Source: Blastocladiella emersonii ATCC 22665
Taxonomy: Eukaryota; Fungi; Blastocladiomycota
Assembly (NCBI GenBank): GCA_025594325.1
Contig: JANHCV010000009.1
Location: 1,678,283 to 1,742,282 of the forward strand
DNA: 64,000 nucleotides
Direction: 5' to 3'
Part shown: positions 36,323-49,900 of the stretch, one piece after another
How positions within the stretch are numbered: the stretch's first letter is position 1
Layout: each line of letters opens with the position of its first letter
Notes under the pieces: model-generated
Told to the model about the DNA's origin: nothing
Seen by the model: only the letters and a program-made list of their open reading frames with translations
Database searches by the model: none
Position numbers and translations under genes: made by a program

Positions 36323-36723
36323 TGTATCGCGATGGGCGGGAGTGATGGGAAATGAATGGATGGGGGGTTTTGCTGAGCGCACGCGCCGAGGCCCCGGAAA
36401 CGTCCGACACGCCCCGACGACATGAAGCGAGAAGAGGCGCGGCGCGGTCGCGTGGGCCCGGCCCGGCGGACCGGCTCGCGCGCTCGGGCGCTGCCGACCC
36501 CGCGCGCCCCCAACACGCTTCCTCCCCCGTTGCCGGTTGCCCCGCTCGTGCGAGCCGCGAGCACTATAAAGAGGGCCGTCTGCCCGCACCTGGGCGTCCG
36601 CTCCCTCCCTCCTCTCGCTAGACCTCGAGGTAAGAAGATGCACCAACATCATGCAATGCAATGCAACGCAAACCGACTAACCGTCCCTGTCCCCGTCGCG
36701 TAGTTGATCCCACACCCACCACC

Positions 36724-37784
36724 ATGTCGTCGGCCCACCTCCTCCGCCGTACCATGGCGACCGCTGCCGCCGCCGGCGCCAAGCAGGTGCGCCTCGCTCC
36801 TCCCGCAACCGTCCCCTGGACGCGCACGCTAACCCTCCCCGGTCCGCGTAGCCCGTGATCGGCTTCATCGGCCTCGGCCAGATGGGCGCCCCCATGTCGG
36901 GCCACCTCTTCGCCAAGACCGAGGGGGCGCGCGCCAAGTTCATCGTGCACGACGTGGTCTCGTCGTCTGTCGACGCCTTCAAGGCCGCCCACCCGGGCGC
37001 CGTCTCGGCCCCCACCCCCGCCGACGTGGCCGCCGAGGCCGACGTCATCTTCACCATGGTCCCGACTTCGGCCCACGTCCAGGAGGTCTACCTCGGCGCC
37101 CGCGGCATCGTGCAGACGGTCAAGCGCGGCTCGCTCCTCGTCGACTCGTCCACCATTGCCCCCGCCATGTCGCAGCACGTCGCCAAGTCGCTCATCGAGC
37201 CCAAGGGCGTCGAGGTCATTGACGCCCCCGTCTCGGGCGGCATCCTCGGCGCGCACAACGCCACCCTCACCTTCATGGTCGGCGGGCCCAAGCCCTCGCT
37301 CGACCGCGTCACCCCGTTCCTCAACCACATGGGCAAGAACATCTTCCACTGCGGCACCGACGTCGGCACCGGCCAGGTTGCCAAGATCTGCAACAACATG
37401 ATCCTCGGCACCACCATGGTCGCCGTCTCCGAGGGCCTCAACCTCGGCGTCAAGCTCGGCATGGACCCCAAGCTGCTCTCGCAGATCGTCAACGTCAGCA
37501 CCGGCCGCTGCTGGTCCTCGGACACCTACAACCCCGTCCCCGGCGTCATGGACGGCGTCCCCAGCGCCCGCAACTACGACGGCGGCTTCGGCATCACCCT
37601 GCTCCAGAAGGACATGGGCCTCGCCCTCGCCGCCGCCGAGTCCGTCAAGGCCCCCGTCCCGCTCGCCGCCTCGGCCGACCAGCTCTACAAGACCATCATG
37701 GCCACCCCGGGCCTCGAGAAGAAGGACTTTTCCGTCGTCTACGAGTGGCTCGCCGGCCTCTTCATGCGCCACATGCGCAAGTAA
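36724..37784 (+). CDS. HIBADH: Mitochondrial 3-hydroxyisobutyrate dehydrogenase, 2 exons
   Basis: GFIGLGQMGAPM Rossmann motif, DAPVSGG, FMVGG and catalytic KICNNMIL; presequence-like exon 1; intron 36787-36851. Confidence 0.92.
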
Positions 37785-38171
37785 CCGCTCTCGTTAGCCC
37801 CGCTGCCCGTTGCCGGCAGCATCAAGTTTTGTGTTGTGAAAGAGCTGTCGATTGTAATACCACCTATTTCGCGCGAAGGCTCGTCTTACCCTCAAGTGCA
37901 GCGCTCGACCAAGACGCGTCGCGCCACCACGTGCGTGTTGGTCGTCGCCCGCAAGCCGCAATGCGGCTTGAACCGTACCGAAAGGTCGCATCAGGTCGGA
38001 TATGTCATGTTCGACCTCCAGTGGAGGATTCTATCCGTCATGGTCGAGCTATGAGCCGACCTTGCTTGGGAGCCGACTGAAGGGACAGGGCAGGTGCGCG
38101 AGGATGAAAACTATATTGCGAGTTGGTACAGTCCTCGGACACCCAGGTCCTGGGCACAGGAGCTCGACGAC

Positions 38172-40225
38172 TTAGGGCTCGAGGCGAGTGGGGTCGCGGG
38201 GGAACAGCGACGTGCGGCGGATGTTGAACAGGTTGAGGTAGAGCATGACAACGCGCTCGAGGCCGAGACCGCCACCAGCGTGCGGGGGCACGCCGTACTT
38301 GAAGGCATCAATGTAGCCCTGGATGGTCGAGGGCTCGACGCCGTGCTCGCGGGCGCGCTCCTCGAGCAGCTCGGGGTCGTGCACACGCTGGGCGCCCGAC
38401 AGGATCTCCTCGCCGCGCATGAAGAAGTCGTACGAGTTCGAGTACATCTATGAGGGAGGGTCAGGGTCAGGGTGTCAGTAACTACGTCATGACTAGTGAG
38501 GCTAAACCCACGCAGACGCACCTTTTCCTCGGGGTTCGGCATCGTGTAGAAGGGGCGGACGACGAGCGGGAACTTGTCGAGCATGAAGAAGTCGGTGCCG
38601 TACTTCTCCTTGACGAGCTTGCCGAGGCGGCGCTCCTTCTCCGTGTTGAGGTCCTCGTCGTCGGCAATCTCGACGCCGTCGGCGCGGAGCATGGCAACGG
38701 CCTCGGGGTACGTGAGGCGCAGCGACTTCTTGAGGAACTGGAAGGGCTCGAACGGGTACTGGCGGTTGATGATCTCGAGCTCGCGCGCGTAGCGGGACTC
38801 GAGGCCCTCGAACATGTGGACAAAGAGCTCGTCGAAGAGGTCGAGCACCTCGTGGTAGTGCTCGTTGAAGGCCATCTCGAGATCGAGGCCGGTGAACTCG
38901 GTCATGTGGCGGTGCGTGTTGGCGTTCTCGGCGCGGAACACGGGGCCGATCTCGAAGACGCGGTCAAAGTCGGCGCAGATCATCATCTGCTTGTAGAACT
39001 GCGGCGACTGGGCGAGGTAGGCCTTGGACTTGAAGTAGCTGACCTCGAAGACGCTCGCGCCGCCCTCGGACGCGGCGCCGAGCAGCTTGGGCGAGTGGAT
39101 CTCGTTGAAGCCGCGCGCGTACAGGAACTCGCGGAACAGCTGGCACACGCCCGACTGGATGCGGAAGATGGCCTGGTTGGTCTGGGTGCGCAGGTCGATG
39201 ACGCGGTTGTTGAGGCGCGTGTCGAGGTTCACGCGCACGTACTTGGCGTCGGTGTCCTCGAAATCGGTCTCGGGGCGCGACGCGTCCTCGAGGCTGAAGG
39301 GCAGGCGCTCGGCCGACGTCGACTCGACAAAGACCGAGTGGACGCGGAGCTCGGCGTCCTGCACGGTGCACGACTTGACGGGCTCGGGCGACTTGACGAT
39401 GGTCGCCTCGATGAGGACGAGGGACTCGGAGTTGATGCTACAGGTGCGGTCGGGGCAAGAGGTTAGATGACTCTTCGGAAGCACAGCGTAGGCGAGGGTG
39501 CTACGGACCCAGTGGCAAACTTGACCATGTGCTTGCTGATGACCGTGTCGACGGTCAGGACAGCCTGGATGGTGTCGAAGCGCTGGCGCAGCTGGAAGAA
39601 GCAGAGCTTGTTGCCCTGGGCGCGCGACGTGTGGACACGGGCGCGGAGCTTGATGCGCTCGCCCTCGCGGTCCGGGGTGATGTCCGAGATGGACTCGCGG
39701 GTCTCGCCGGTGCGCTGGGTCGACTGGTTCACGGGCAGGACGCCGTAGAGGTGGGTGGCGTAGTCCTGGGCGCAAAGAGACCAGTGTAAGTGACGATGCG
39801 CGATATTGGGGGAGAGCGAGATCACAGCGTACCACATCAGCGGCCTCGCGCGCAGCCTTCTCGGCAGCCTAGAAGAGCGGTGTCGGGAGCGAGTCAGTTG
39901 ACTGCGCTTCGACTTCGAGCGGCGGAGAGCCGCAGATCCCCAAACCCAGCGAGCCGAGGCAGACGCACCAGACGCGCGGCCGTCTCGGCCTTGCGGCGCT
40001 CCTTCTCCTGCTCCTTGCGGAGCTTGGCGAGGGCCTTCTTCGAGAGGGGCTTGCCGTTCTCGCTACACGCGAAGAGCAACAGACGCTTCAGTGGTCATCG
40101 CGGCGTGGAGGAGCGGTGCCGAGCGCCGGGCGCCAACTAGGCTCCACGCGATCGCCCAACGCAACGTACTCGAGGACGACCTCCTCCATCTTCTCGGTGA
40201 CGTTCTGCACGGCGGAGTCGGACAT
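38172..40225 (-). CDS. DPS1: Cytoplasmic aspartyl-tRNA synthetase, 6 exons
   Basis: KPLSKKAL-type N-terminal extension, OB-fold ([11 protein letters not shown]), [10 protein letters not shown], motif 2 GPVFRAE and motif 3 GGGLGLER. Five GT-AG introns restore the frame. Confidence 0.95.
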
Positions 40226-40446
40226 GTTGCGTCGAGTGCACCTAGTGCGGTTCGGGATTCAGCGCTTCCGCGGGGAGAGTGAGATGGCGGGCGGAGCGGG
40301 GGCGGTCGCGAGGGCGGAGCGGGGTCGCGCTGTTTGGAGCCTTCGCTTGATCGGCGCTCCGCCACGTGCGGCGTGACTGTCTCCTCGCGCTTCTCTGCTC
40401 TCCCGCTCATCAACGCGCTGCTTATCGCTGTGTTAACGTTTATAGA

Positions 40447-41268
40447 TCAGACATGCGCGAGGCTGGACCAAAGCTCGCTGGTCTCCTTGAGCCGGTCCGC
40501 TTGGAGGCGCGCCTCCGAGGCGGGCTGCCGAGATGTATGCGCCGCCGCCGCCGCCGACAGGTTGGCATGGGTGGTACTCGCTTCCAGATCTCGGAGGATG
40601 GCCTGGGTCGCGTCGAGCGAGGCGCGGATCCGCGAGGCGGTCAGGCGCCCATCGAACACCAGCTTCTGCTGCATGAGGAGGAGCGTCTCGAGCGCCTGAT
40701 GCGTCCGGTAGTCGCCAACGAGCCGCATCGCCTCGAGGAGACAGTGCTGCACCTGCTCCATTGCTGCACCGGCCGCTCCCGTCGACGGTTGCGAGGAAAG
40801 CGCATCCAGGAGCGAGATGTAGTGCTTTGCGGCGCGGTAGACGAGCGTCTTGATTGCTCCTCGGCGGTCGGGTCGGGCGCCCTCCGAGCTGGGCGCAGAA
40901 GCGAGCGATGGAGAAGCGTCGTCGTCGGACTCGGTCGAGAAGGCCTCGCCGAACATGGTGTAGGCGCCCTGGATCGGCGGCGGCGGGTCGAGGTTGAACG
41001 ACGACGGCACGGGCACCGAGGCAGCGCCGCTCGCGTCCAGCGCGGCGAGGTCGTGCCCGTCTGCCTCGAGCCGCTTGCGCTCGGCGTGCAGCTGCAAACT
41101 GTCGTCCGTGTAGCGCTCAAACCACGGCGGCGGAAGCGGGAACAGACTCCCTGCGACCGCGGCACCGCGAGCTGCTGCTGCGCCGGTGTCGCCTGCACCA
41201 CCGCGGGAGGATGCTGCGGCTCCCGCTCCAGCCCCAGGCGCAGGCGAATCCAACGTCATGGAGGCCAT
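40447..41268 (-). CDS. MED7: Mediator subunit 7
   Basis: SLFPLPPPWFERYT, PPPPIQGAYTMFGE and YRTHQALETL motifs. Confidence 0.85.
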   Translation of the reverse strand: MASMTLDSPAPGAGAGAAASSRGGAGDTGAAAARGAAVAGSLFPLPPPWFERYTDDSLQLHAERKRLEADGHDLAALDASGAASVPVPSSFNLDPPPPIQGAYTMFGEAFSTESDDDASPSLASAPSSEGARPDRRGAIKTLVYRAAKHYISLLDALSSQPSTGAAGAAMEQVQHCLLEAMRLVGDYRTHQALETLLLMQQKLVFDGRLTASRIRASLDATQAILRDLEASTTHANLSAAAAAHTSRQPASEARLQADRLKETSELWSSLAHV

Positions 41269-41467
41269 CGTCGACTGTTGCGATAAGTTAAGTTAGGTGA
41301 TGAGATATATGGGCGCCGTGGGCTGCTGAAGAGGGAGAGCGCGTCTCGAAAGTGCAAGTCGTCAGACAGGCAAGGGAGTTCAACGCTGGTTCGTGGTACA
41401 CACACGAACGTTACGAGTGCTACGGTAGAATGGTATTGAAGTTTACAGAGGACGACGACGACTCGAC

Positions 41468-42130
41468 TCAGGCGGACTCGCCCTGCTGATCGACAGCAAA
41501 GGCTGCGCGGGCGCGGACCCACTCCTCGGCCCACGAGCTGAGCTGCTCGACGTTGCTCTCCATCTCGTCAACCGTGTTGGACTGGAGCTCGACGACAATG
41601 TCCTCCTTGTACGACCCGCGCGCGTCCTCGAGGATCACCTGCATGATCTCGGCCGTCACGTTCTCCTCGAGCTTCTTCTGGTTGTACTTGCGGGCCTCGA
41701 GCCGGCGGAACAGCTCGCCGTTGTCGGTGCGCAGCACGACGATCAGGTCGAACCACCGCTCCGGGAAGAAGTCGACCGTGTGGAAGTCCACAATGTTGCC
41801 GCCCGCCGTCATGATGTCCTCGAGCTCGTCGCACAGCTATGCGGCACTGCATTGTCAGTAGCGAGCCGGGGTAGCGCGATCCGGGGCACAACGGACCTTG
41901 TCCTCGTCGACAATGTGGCACTCGTACTCGGGGTCCCACCCCTCGTGGAGCGACTTCTCGCGCACCAGGTCGCCAATGTTGATGTGGGTGAGCGACGTGG
42001 CCATGGCCAGCAGCTCGGACGTGGTCGTCTTGCCCGTGCCGGGCGTTCCGGTGACGAGGATGTTGGGCAGGCGGCGCGACGGCGCGCCCGACGCCGGCGT
42101 CGAGGATCCCTCAGAGCTTCCAGTGTCCAT
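41468..42130 (-). CDS. FAP7: Adenylate kinase 6 / Fap7, 2 exons
   Basis: PNILVTGTPGTGKTT P-loop, DFHTVDFFPERWFD and KLEENVTAEIMQV; intron 41837-41896. Confidence 0.93.
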
Positions 42131-42373
42131 GGTTCAAGTTATGTTGCGTGTACTTGGGTGGGCGAGAGGTGACGGCTGCCGCTGCAAGTGTGGCGCATCG
42201 CGGCGTCCGCAAAGCTCGCGGGGTGCGTCTTACTCACGTGGGCGCGTGTGACACGTAGCGAGGAGCTCGAAGACGCGACTGGTGGAAGCGGCGACGAGGG
42301 CGGGACGGAATAAAATGCGCTCATGATACACGGCGTACACTACCAAAAGCGCGGGGAGCTCGTAGCGGCTCGA

Positions 42374-43807
42374 TCAGGCAAACTTTTGCACGACCACGGC
42401 GTTGAGCAGGCCGAGGCTCTCGAGGGTGGCCTTGTCGTCGGTGAGCTCGCGCATCGGGAAAGTGGTGTGCAGGGTGAAGGCGCGCTGGTTGGGGAGGGCG
42501 AGGCGGGCGACCTGGCGCAGGTCGGCGAGGGTGTGGGTGGCGTTGAACTTGGAGACGAGGCGGGTGCCGTCGGCGAGACGGAGCTGGATCGAGGTGATGG
42601 GCTTGGTGGGGTCCACGTCCAGCTTGAACGAGGACGGCGCAGGCTGGGCAGGACCGGTCGAGGAGGAGGAGGCAGCACTGGACGCGGCAGCAGCGGCAGG
42701 GGCCACCGGGGCGGGAGCGATGGGGTCACCGGGAACGATGCTAAGGATGATTGAGGGTCAGTACGAGCGGTGCAGAGGGTGGTAGAGTATGAGGACATGC
42801 CTGCCGAGGCGGTTGCCCGCACCGCTGAAAGGCTTGGGCGGGGGAGGGACGTAGGCCTCCTCAATGCGGTGGGCGACGCGGAGATCGACGGGCTGGCCGT
42901 GAGCCACGTTGAGGATGTGGAGAGGAGCGCGGCTAGACAGCAGAAGGGGGTAGTCGAGAGTTAGATGATGAGGCGGGTGATATGGCGCGAGAGGGCATAC
43001 CCGGACTTGATGGCGTTGAGAATCTGCTGGCTCGCGGGGTCCGAGTAGTTGTAGAGCGGGCCGTCGTCGATGCTGAAGCCCTCCTTCCAGAAGGTGAGGG
43101 TGCGGACGGCCTTGCCGCGTGGCGCGTCGGGTGCCGGGTTGTTGACGGCCGGGGCCGAGGGCGCGCCCGATGCGGGGGCGGGGTCCTCCTCGGAGCCGAG
43201 GCGGTACCCCGCGCCGGTGAAGGCCTTGAGCTTTGGCGCGGCACCCTCCTCCTCGTCCGAGTCAAAGTCGTCGTGGTCATGGTCATGCTCGTCGTCGTCG
43301 TCGTGATCCGAGGCGCCGGGGCGCGGTCCGCCGCTAGGTGCGAGGAGAGATCATGAGTGAGTTAGGCGTCGAGGACGGGCGGGCGGGCTGGGCGCAGAAA
43401 GCGTACGCGGAGGCGAGCTTGAGAATGTCGTCGACGACGCTCTTGGGCGACTTGGACGCGTCGGGCGGGCCCTGGACGGCGACGCCCGAGTTCTTGCCGC
43501 CGGCGTAGTACGTGTTCTTGTCCTGGTCGCTCGGGGAGCGCGCGCCGAGGCCGCCGAGCGTGGCGATGCGCGACGAGCGCGTCACGACCTCGTCGGCGGT
43601 GGGGATCCGCTCCGCGTTGGCGCTCGCGGAGGCGGGCGTGGACGCGGAGGAGGGAGCAGCACCGGCGCCGACACCTGCCGCTGCGTCGAAGAAGGCGGCA
43701 ACGGCGCGCTCGAGGTCGCCGTTGGCCGACTCGAGGTAGAAGGTGGCCTGGGCGGGCGAGGCGCCGGTGACGGCGACGAACTGGGCGACGGCGGCTTCGG
43801 GATCCAT
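42374..43807 (-). CDS. SHP1: UBX-domain Cdc48/p97 cofactor Shp1/p47 (UBA-SEP-SHP-UBX), 4 exons
   Basis: UBA-like N-terminus, YYAGGKNSG, SEP LTFWKEGFSIDDGPL, SHP box FSGAGNRLG and UBX SIQLRLADG...TTFP. The third intron (42741-42800) is GC-AG. Confidence 0.92.
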
Positions 43808-44089
43808 GGTTGCGATGCGTTTACGTTGCGATGCAGGGAGCGGGAGCGGAGGCGGGAGCGGAGAGGAGGCGCGTCCACCGACGTTCGCGGCGGCGGGCGG
43901 TGATGACGACGGCGCATCGAGTCACGCGCGCGGTCAGCCGCACGTGGGGCGGCGCCGACGCGTTGCGCTTTGCGGCAGGCCGTGCGGGTCCGCCCTCATG
44001 CCCTCGTCCGCTCGCTCTCGCGCTCTCCCCGGTACCCGAACTGCGCTGATTACCAACAACCAACCAACCAACCAACGAATCAACCACCC

Positions 44090-45130
44090 ATGAGCAACCT
44101 CACGTCCGTCTTCCAGGGCATCCGCGAGTACTGGACGCCCGTGCTGACCGAGTCGCGGTTCGCGTCGCACGCGGTGCTGACGCCGGCCGAGTTTGTCGCG
44201 GCGGGCGACTTCCTCGTCTACAAGTGCGGCACGTGGCGGTGGGACGCCGGCGACCCGGCCAAGCGCCGCGACTACCTGCCCGCCGACAAGCAGTTCCTCA
44301 CCACCAAGAACGTGCCGTGCTTCCGCCGCGTGCGCGACCTCGAGTACCGCGACCGCGAGCGCCACGTCGCCGCCACGGGCGCTGACGCCGATGCCGACGG
44401 CGCCGACCCCGACGCCTGGGTCGCCACCCACTGCGCGCCCGACCCCGCCGCCTCGGCCACCGACGACGACGACCTCGACCTGCTCGACGACCTCGCCTCC
44501 GACTTTGTCGGCAAGCTCGGCCTCGGCGCCGCCGCCCCCTCCGCCGCGGCGCCCGCTGCCAAGCACCGCCCGCCACGACCCGCCGCCGCTGCCGCTGCTG
44601 CACCACCCGCCCCCGCGACCGCCGACATTCCCGACATGGACGCCATCCCCGACATGGACGACCTCGCCGGCGGCATGGTCGAGGAGGACGACCCGGCCGC
44701 GCTCAAGCCCGCCGCCGCGGCCGCCCCTGGATCCGCCTCGGCGTCGGCGCCCGGCGCGGGCTCGGCCATCCTGCGCACGCGCACCTACGACCTGACCATC
44801 TCGTACGACAAGTACTACCAGACCCCGCGCCTGTCGCTGCTCGGCTACGACGAGGCGCGCCGCCCGCTGTCGCCCGACCACATGCTGCAGGACATTTCGC
44901 AGGACCACGCCAACAAGACGGTCACCATCGAGCCGCACCCGCACGTCGCCGGCCTCCAGGTCGCCTCCATCCACCCGTGCCGCCACGCCGAGGTCATGCT
45001 GCGCATCATGGAAAAGATGCTTGACGCCGGCCGCACTGTGCGCGTCGACCAGTACCTCATCGTCTTCCTCAAGTTCATGGCCTCGGTCATCCCCACCATC
45101 GACTACGACCACACCATGTCGCTCGAGTAG
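44090..45130 (+). CDS. ATG3: Autophagy E2-like enzyme Atg3
   Basis: [38 protein letters not shown], catalytic IHPCRHA and YLIVFLKF; intronless. Confidence 0.96.
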   Translation: MSNLTSVFQGIREYWTPVLTESRFASHAVLTPAEFVAAGDFLVYKCGTWRWDAGDPAKRRDYLPADKQFLTTKNVPCFRRVRDLEYRDRERHVAATGADADADGADPDAWVATHCAPDPAASATDDDDLDLLDDLASDFVGKLGLGAAAPSAAAPAAKHRPPRPAAAAAAAPPAPATADIPDMDAIPDMDDLAGGMVEEDDPAALKPAAAAAPGSASASAPGAGSAILRTRTYDLTISYDKYYQTPRLSLLGYDEARRPLSPDHMLQDISQDHANKTVTIEPHPHVAGLQVASIHPCRHAEVMLRIMEKMLDAGRTVRVDQYLIVFLKFMASVIPTIDYDHTMSLE

Positions 45131-45198
45131 CCCGTCCGTCATTTACAGTCGATTGACCACCCCACTCACCCTTGTTCTCAATACACCGCAATGCAATT

Positions 45199-46688
45199 CT
45201 ATTCTCCCCTTGGACGCTCGAACGCGGCCTTGCCGTATTCCTAGATATCCATCACGCTCGCGTGAGTGTGCGTCCTTCCTCCCAAGTGCCCGCGGCTCTC
45301 GTACGTAGGTCCCGATCATGATGGCGCATGCGGGCGCAACCTTGGCGACGCGCGGGACCAGGCCGGCAAACAGCCCGCTCACGCCCTCGCGCTTGCCAAT
45401 CGACCGCAGGATCAGGTACAGCCGCGCCGGGGTGCCCGCGGTGCTCAGTTGCCGCCGCGTCTTGGCTACATCCAAAGGGGTTGTTGCCGCCGCCGCGACC
45501 ATGCCCGCTGTCGCGCCCGCCGCAAACGGCACGACCCATTCGTCATGGGCGGGCGCGTAGGGCGTCCACTGCGCCTTGAGGGCCTCGTAGCTGGCCCAGT
45601 ACAGGGCCGAGAAGGGCACGTCGCGGGCCAGCGTGGCCGACAGCCCACGCCACAGGTAGTGCGGGCCGACGCGTCGGACGTGTGACGCGACCTGGGCGAG
45701 AATGTCGCCGACGGCCTTGTCGGCCGCGTACACGGACTGCATCTGGGTGCGGACCAGCTCGATTGGCGAGATGACCGTCACGGCGATGGCTACACGCGGG
45801 TTCCCGTCAGTGCTGGGAGAGTTGGTTTAACGAAAACACTGTCGACGCACTGCGAGCGAGTCCACCAGCGAGAAGCGGGGCGTAGATGTCGGGTCGCGGG
45901 ACGGCGGGGGCGATCGAGTCCTTGAGCCACTCGTAGCCGACAAAGTAGATGACGTTGGCCGGGACCGCCATGATCCTGGACACGGCACAGTCGAGTTAAC
46001 GTAAGCGAGCGGTGTGAGGTGCGAGGTGGGAGTGCCAGCCGGCCAGCGCGTACAGGGTCGGGGTGAGGCCGCGCCACAGCGAGGAAATGCCCTCGGCGCG
46101 CGCAATCCTGACCATGGCGTCCCACGTGCCGGTAAACTGGCCCGCTGGCATTGCTGTGGACTGCGCCGGCGGCGGTGGCAGCGACACCGTCCGTGCGGCA
46201 CCCGCGGCGGCATGGACGCGGGCAGCACCGCCGCTCCGTGGAGCAGTCGACACGCGCGGGTGGGCCGCAGTAGCAGATGTTGCAGCCGCGGGGCTCAATC
46301 GCGGGGCCGTGTGCGGGCGCTCGACAAAGCCGTGGCGCGAGGTGCAGAACCAGGCCACCTCCTTGCCGCCCGAGAAGAAGACTTCGCGGCAGCACGTCAT
46401 GATGGGCGCGGGCCCCGCCACGCCGCCGGCAGCAGCCGCGTGCGGGAGCCGGCCGGGCCCCGGGATCGGGCACCGCGGCTTGGGGGCGGCTGGTCGCGGT
46501 GCGGCGCCGGTCCCCGGGGCTCCCGCGGCGGGCGAGCCGGGTGCGGGCTGCTGCTGCATGCGGGTCTTGACCACATCGAGCGGGGTGACGAGCAGCGACG
46601 TCAGGATCGAGCCGGCCGACGCGGACGCGAGGCGGTGCAGCGTGGCCTCGGCGAGCAAGGGGCCCGCGTCGCGGTCGGAGCGCTCCAT
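45199..46688 (-). CDS. Mitochondrial carrier, SLC25A39/40 (Mtm1)-like, 4 exons
   Basis: Three carrier signatures (TPLDVVKTRMQ, SPIELVRTQMQ, TPLDVAKTRRQ) and a Cys-containing long first loop. The spliced C-terminus reads IMIGTYEYGKAAFERPRGE*. Confidence 0.88.
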
Positions 46689-46938
46689 GGGCGCGGGTTC
46701 GGGTCGGTGCCGGGCCTGCGGCGGCGATGAAGAATTCATGGGCTCACTGAAGGGCTGCTTGGGGAGAAGAAGCGTGTTGTTGACGCTGACGATGCGTCGA
46801 GCCGGCGCGCTGGTCGGCGCGCTCCACTATCCTGCCGATCGGCGGCAACTGCTCGGACCTCGCGCTCCTCTCTCACGAGTACAACACGGTATCAACAACT
46901 TGCCGCACCGCGACCGGCAGCACGAACCGACCTCCTGC

Positions 46939-49900
46939 ATGCCGTTTGCTCTCGAGGAGGAGTTTGCCGTGCGCGTGCCGGGCGTCGCCGAGCACGCCGT
47001 GGCCGTGCACACGCACGCGGCGTCGGGCCTGCGCTGCGTCGTCGCCCCCACCGTTCCCGGCCCGCTGTGCACCGCCGTCATCGTGGTGCCGACCGCCGCC
47101 CTTGACTCGCGCGGCGCCGCGCACACGCTCGAGCACCTCTGCTTCACGGGCAGCGCCGCCTTCCCGCACCGCGGCTTCCTCGACACGGCCGCCCTGCTCG
47201 CCCTCTCGGCCGGCACCAACGCCTGGACCGATCTCGATGCTACCTGCTACACCGTCTCTACCGCCGGCCCCGCCGGCCTGCTCGCGCTGCTGCCCGTCTT
47301 CCTCGACCACGTCCTTCGCCCAACGCTGCGCGAGGACCAGTTCGTCACCGAGGTCTACCACGTGGACGGCCGCGGCCACGAGGCCGGCGTCGTCTTCTGC
47401 GAGATGCTCGCCCGTGAGCACTCCGAGTCCGACCGCCTCGACCTACACGTCCGCCGCGCCCTCTACGGCCCAGAGTCGGCCTACTCCTATGAATGTGGCG
47501 GCCTCACCGCCGAGATCCGCTCGCTGACCAATCGGGACATTGCGCGCTTCCACTCAACTCACTACGACCCCGCCCGCGTCACGACGATCCTTATTGGCGA
47601 CCAGATCCCTGTCGCGGACATTCTTGACGCTCTCGACGCGGCGCCATCTCTCGCCAGCTCCTCGCACCCTGATGCGGCCCAGGATGCTGCGCATCCGGCG
47701 CCCCTGGCCGAACTCGCCCCACTTCACCCGCTTGCCCCTGGCCTTACAACCCAGGTCGTCCGCTTTCCCGCCGAGGACGAAGACCAGGGCACCATCGCGT
47801 ACGCGTGGCACGGCCCGCACTCGCTTGACGACGAGACCACCGTCGTTGCCCTCGACGTGCTCTTCCGGTACCTCAGCGAGGGCTCCGCCGCGCCACTTGC
47901 CCGCGCTCTCGTCGATTCCACCGGTGCCCCCGGCAGCGATATCGATCTCGAGCTGCGCGCTTACAATCGCTCCATGCTGATGCTCTCAGTCGGTGGCATC
48001 GAGTACCACGGCCGCGCCAACCACGACGTCAAAGTGGACGGTGCGCCTGGCTCCGATTCGGGCGCCGAAGGCAGCGATGACGACGACTGGGCCGATGAAT
48101 CTTCCGAGGACGATGCTGACTCGAGCGATGCAGACGACGAGGAAGTGAGCGATCGGGACGACGCCAACAGCGATGCGGGCAGCTCCGACGCTGGTTCCGG
48201 CAAGGATTGGTTTGCACGGCACGCGCTCTCATCGCTCGTTTGGTCCACGCTCCGCGACCAGGCCGCCGGCGCCATGTCGTTGGACCGCATCCACGCCGCC
48301 CTGCGCCGCCACCGCATCCAAACTCTCACGCAGCTTGAGGACGACCCGCACGACACTATGCTTGCCGCCTGGCTCCCTCGTCTCGTCTCTCCGCACCGTA
48401 TGCCTCTCAGCGGCAAGTCTGACGTCTTTGCCGTGCTCAACGACCTCGCCACCCGCCCCATCGATTACTGGCGCACCCTGCTCCGAGACTGGCTTGTAGA
48501 TGCGCCCGCCATTGAGACTATGACCGTCCCGAGCATTTCATTCGCGAAGCGAGTCGAAGCTGACAAGAAGGCGGTGGTGCAGCGCCATCGAAAGCGACTC
48601 GGCCCGCACGGCCTTCGATCGCAGCAGACCAAGGTCGACCGTGCCGTCGCCGCCAACGAAATTGTACTCGATCGCTTCGCTGCTGCATTGCCGCCGCCCA
48701 CGGATCCGAGCACAGTGCCCAGTCCCTCCTTTGCCGACCGCGTGCATCGCCTGGCAGGCGCCGACGGTAGCTTCCCCTTTGTCCACACGGTCGAGGTCGC
48801 TACCTCCTTCAACCATGTCAAACTCTTCTTTGAGCTTGCGACTGTGGCCGTTGACTTGCTGCCGTACCTTTTACTTCTCCAGGAACTGCTTTTCCAGCTC
48901 CCGACAAGCAGTGAATCGTGGACCTCTGTTGTTGACCATCTACACGAGCACACGACCAATTGCTACGCTTCTGTCGGACTAGGCTCCGATGTTTTCACGG
49001 CCAGCTACCTTAGTGAAGCGTTTGTGCTCGCTTTTACCTGCCTCCCCGACTCGCTTCCCGCCGCGGCTGACTGGGTCTTCAAGGCTGCCCTGCACGCCGT
49101 GTGGGACTCGGAGCGCATCGCGACCATCGCCAAGAACTTGCTGAGCGACATTCGCGAGTGGCGCCGCGATGGGCAGTCGCTGACGGGTGCTCTTTTCAGT
49201 GCGCTCGTGTCCAAGTCAACTGGCCTCCCCGACCGCCACCTCTCCATCTTTGCCCAGGAGTCCGTGCTCAAGAAGGTGTTGCGCGACCCTGCCTCGGCCG
49301 TCGAGAAGCTCGCTGCGCTTCATTCCGCAATCTTCTCGCGACCGTGGATTGCGCAAATCGGTCATGGTGACTCTTCAGCGGGCATCACCGACGCCCAGCT
49401 GCCAAACGCGTGGAAGATTGTCAATGACGTCTGGCTCAAGACGCTGTTCACCTCGTCTGTAAGTTCTGCCGAAGTGGTCCCAGCTCTCACGCCCGTGTCT
49501 GTGTCAAGCCCGTTCCCGCTCACGCGTACCCGGTATCAGCACCAAGCCGGCCCTGCCATCGTCGTTAACGTCCAGGGTGTAACAGCATCCTACATTTCTC
49601 TGTTTGTTGAATGTGGTGCGTATCGTTTCCTCCCTCGCCTCATGATAGTCTACTGACGCTGACCAGCGGCCGTCCACTCCAGATCTGCTTTCTCAGCCCA
49701 ACCACCCCGACTACCACGCGGTCATTGTCCTGTGCGAGCTCTTGAACCGCGCCGAGGGCCCGCTCTTCACTGCTATCCGCGGCCCCGGGCTTGCCTACGA
49801 TGCGTCGCTGCACGTGGCCGTGTGGACCGGTACTCTTTCGTTTGACGTAAGCGAGGCCTCGGACCCCGTAGCCTGCCTTAAGGCGCTTGCGGCCGTTCTC

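Noticed and set aside
46063-46938. N-terminal extension of the 1,197-aa M16 ORF
   Set aside because: It overlaps the carrier gene on the opposite strand; the ATG at 46939 gives a normal M16 N-terminus.
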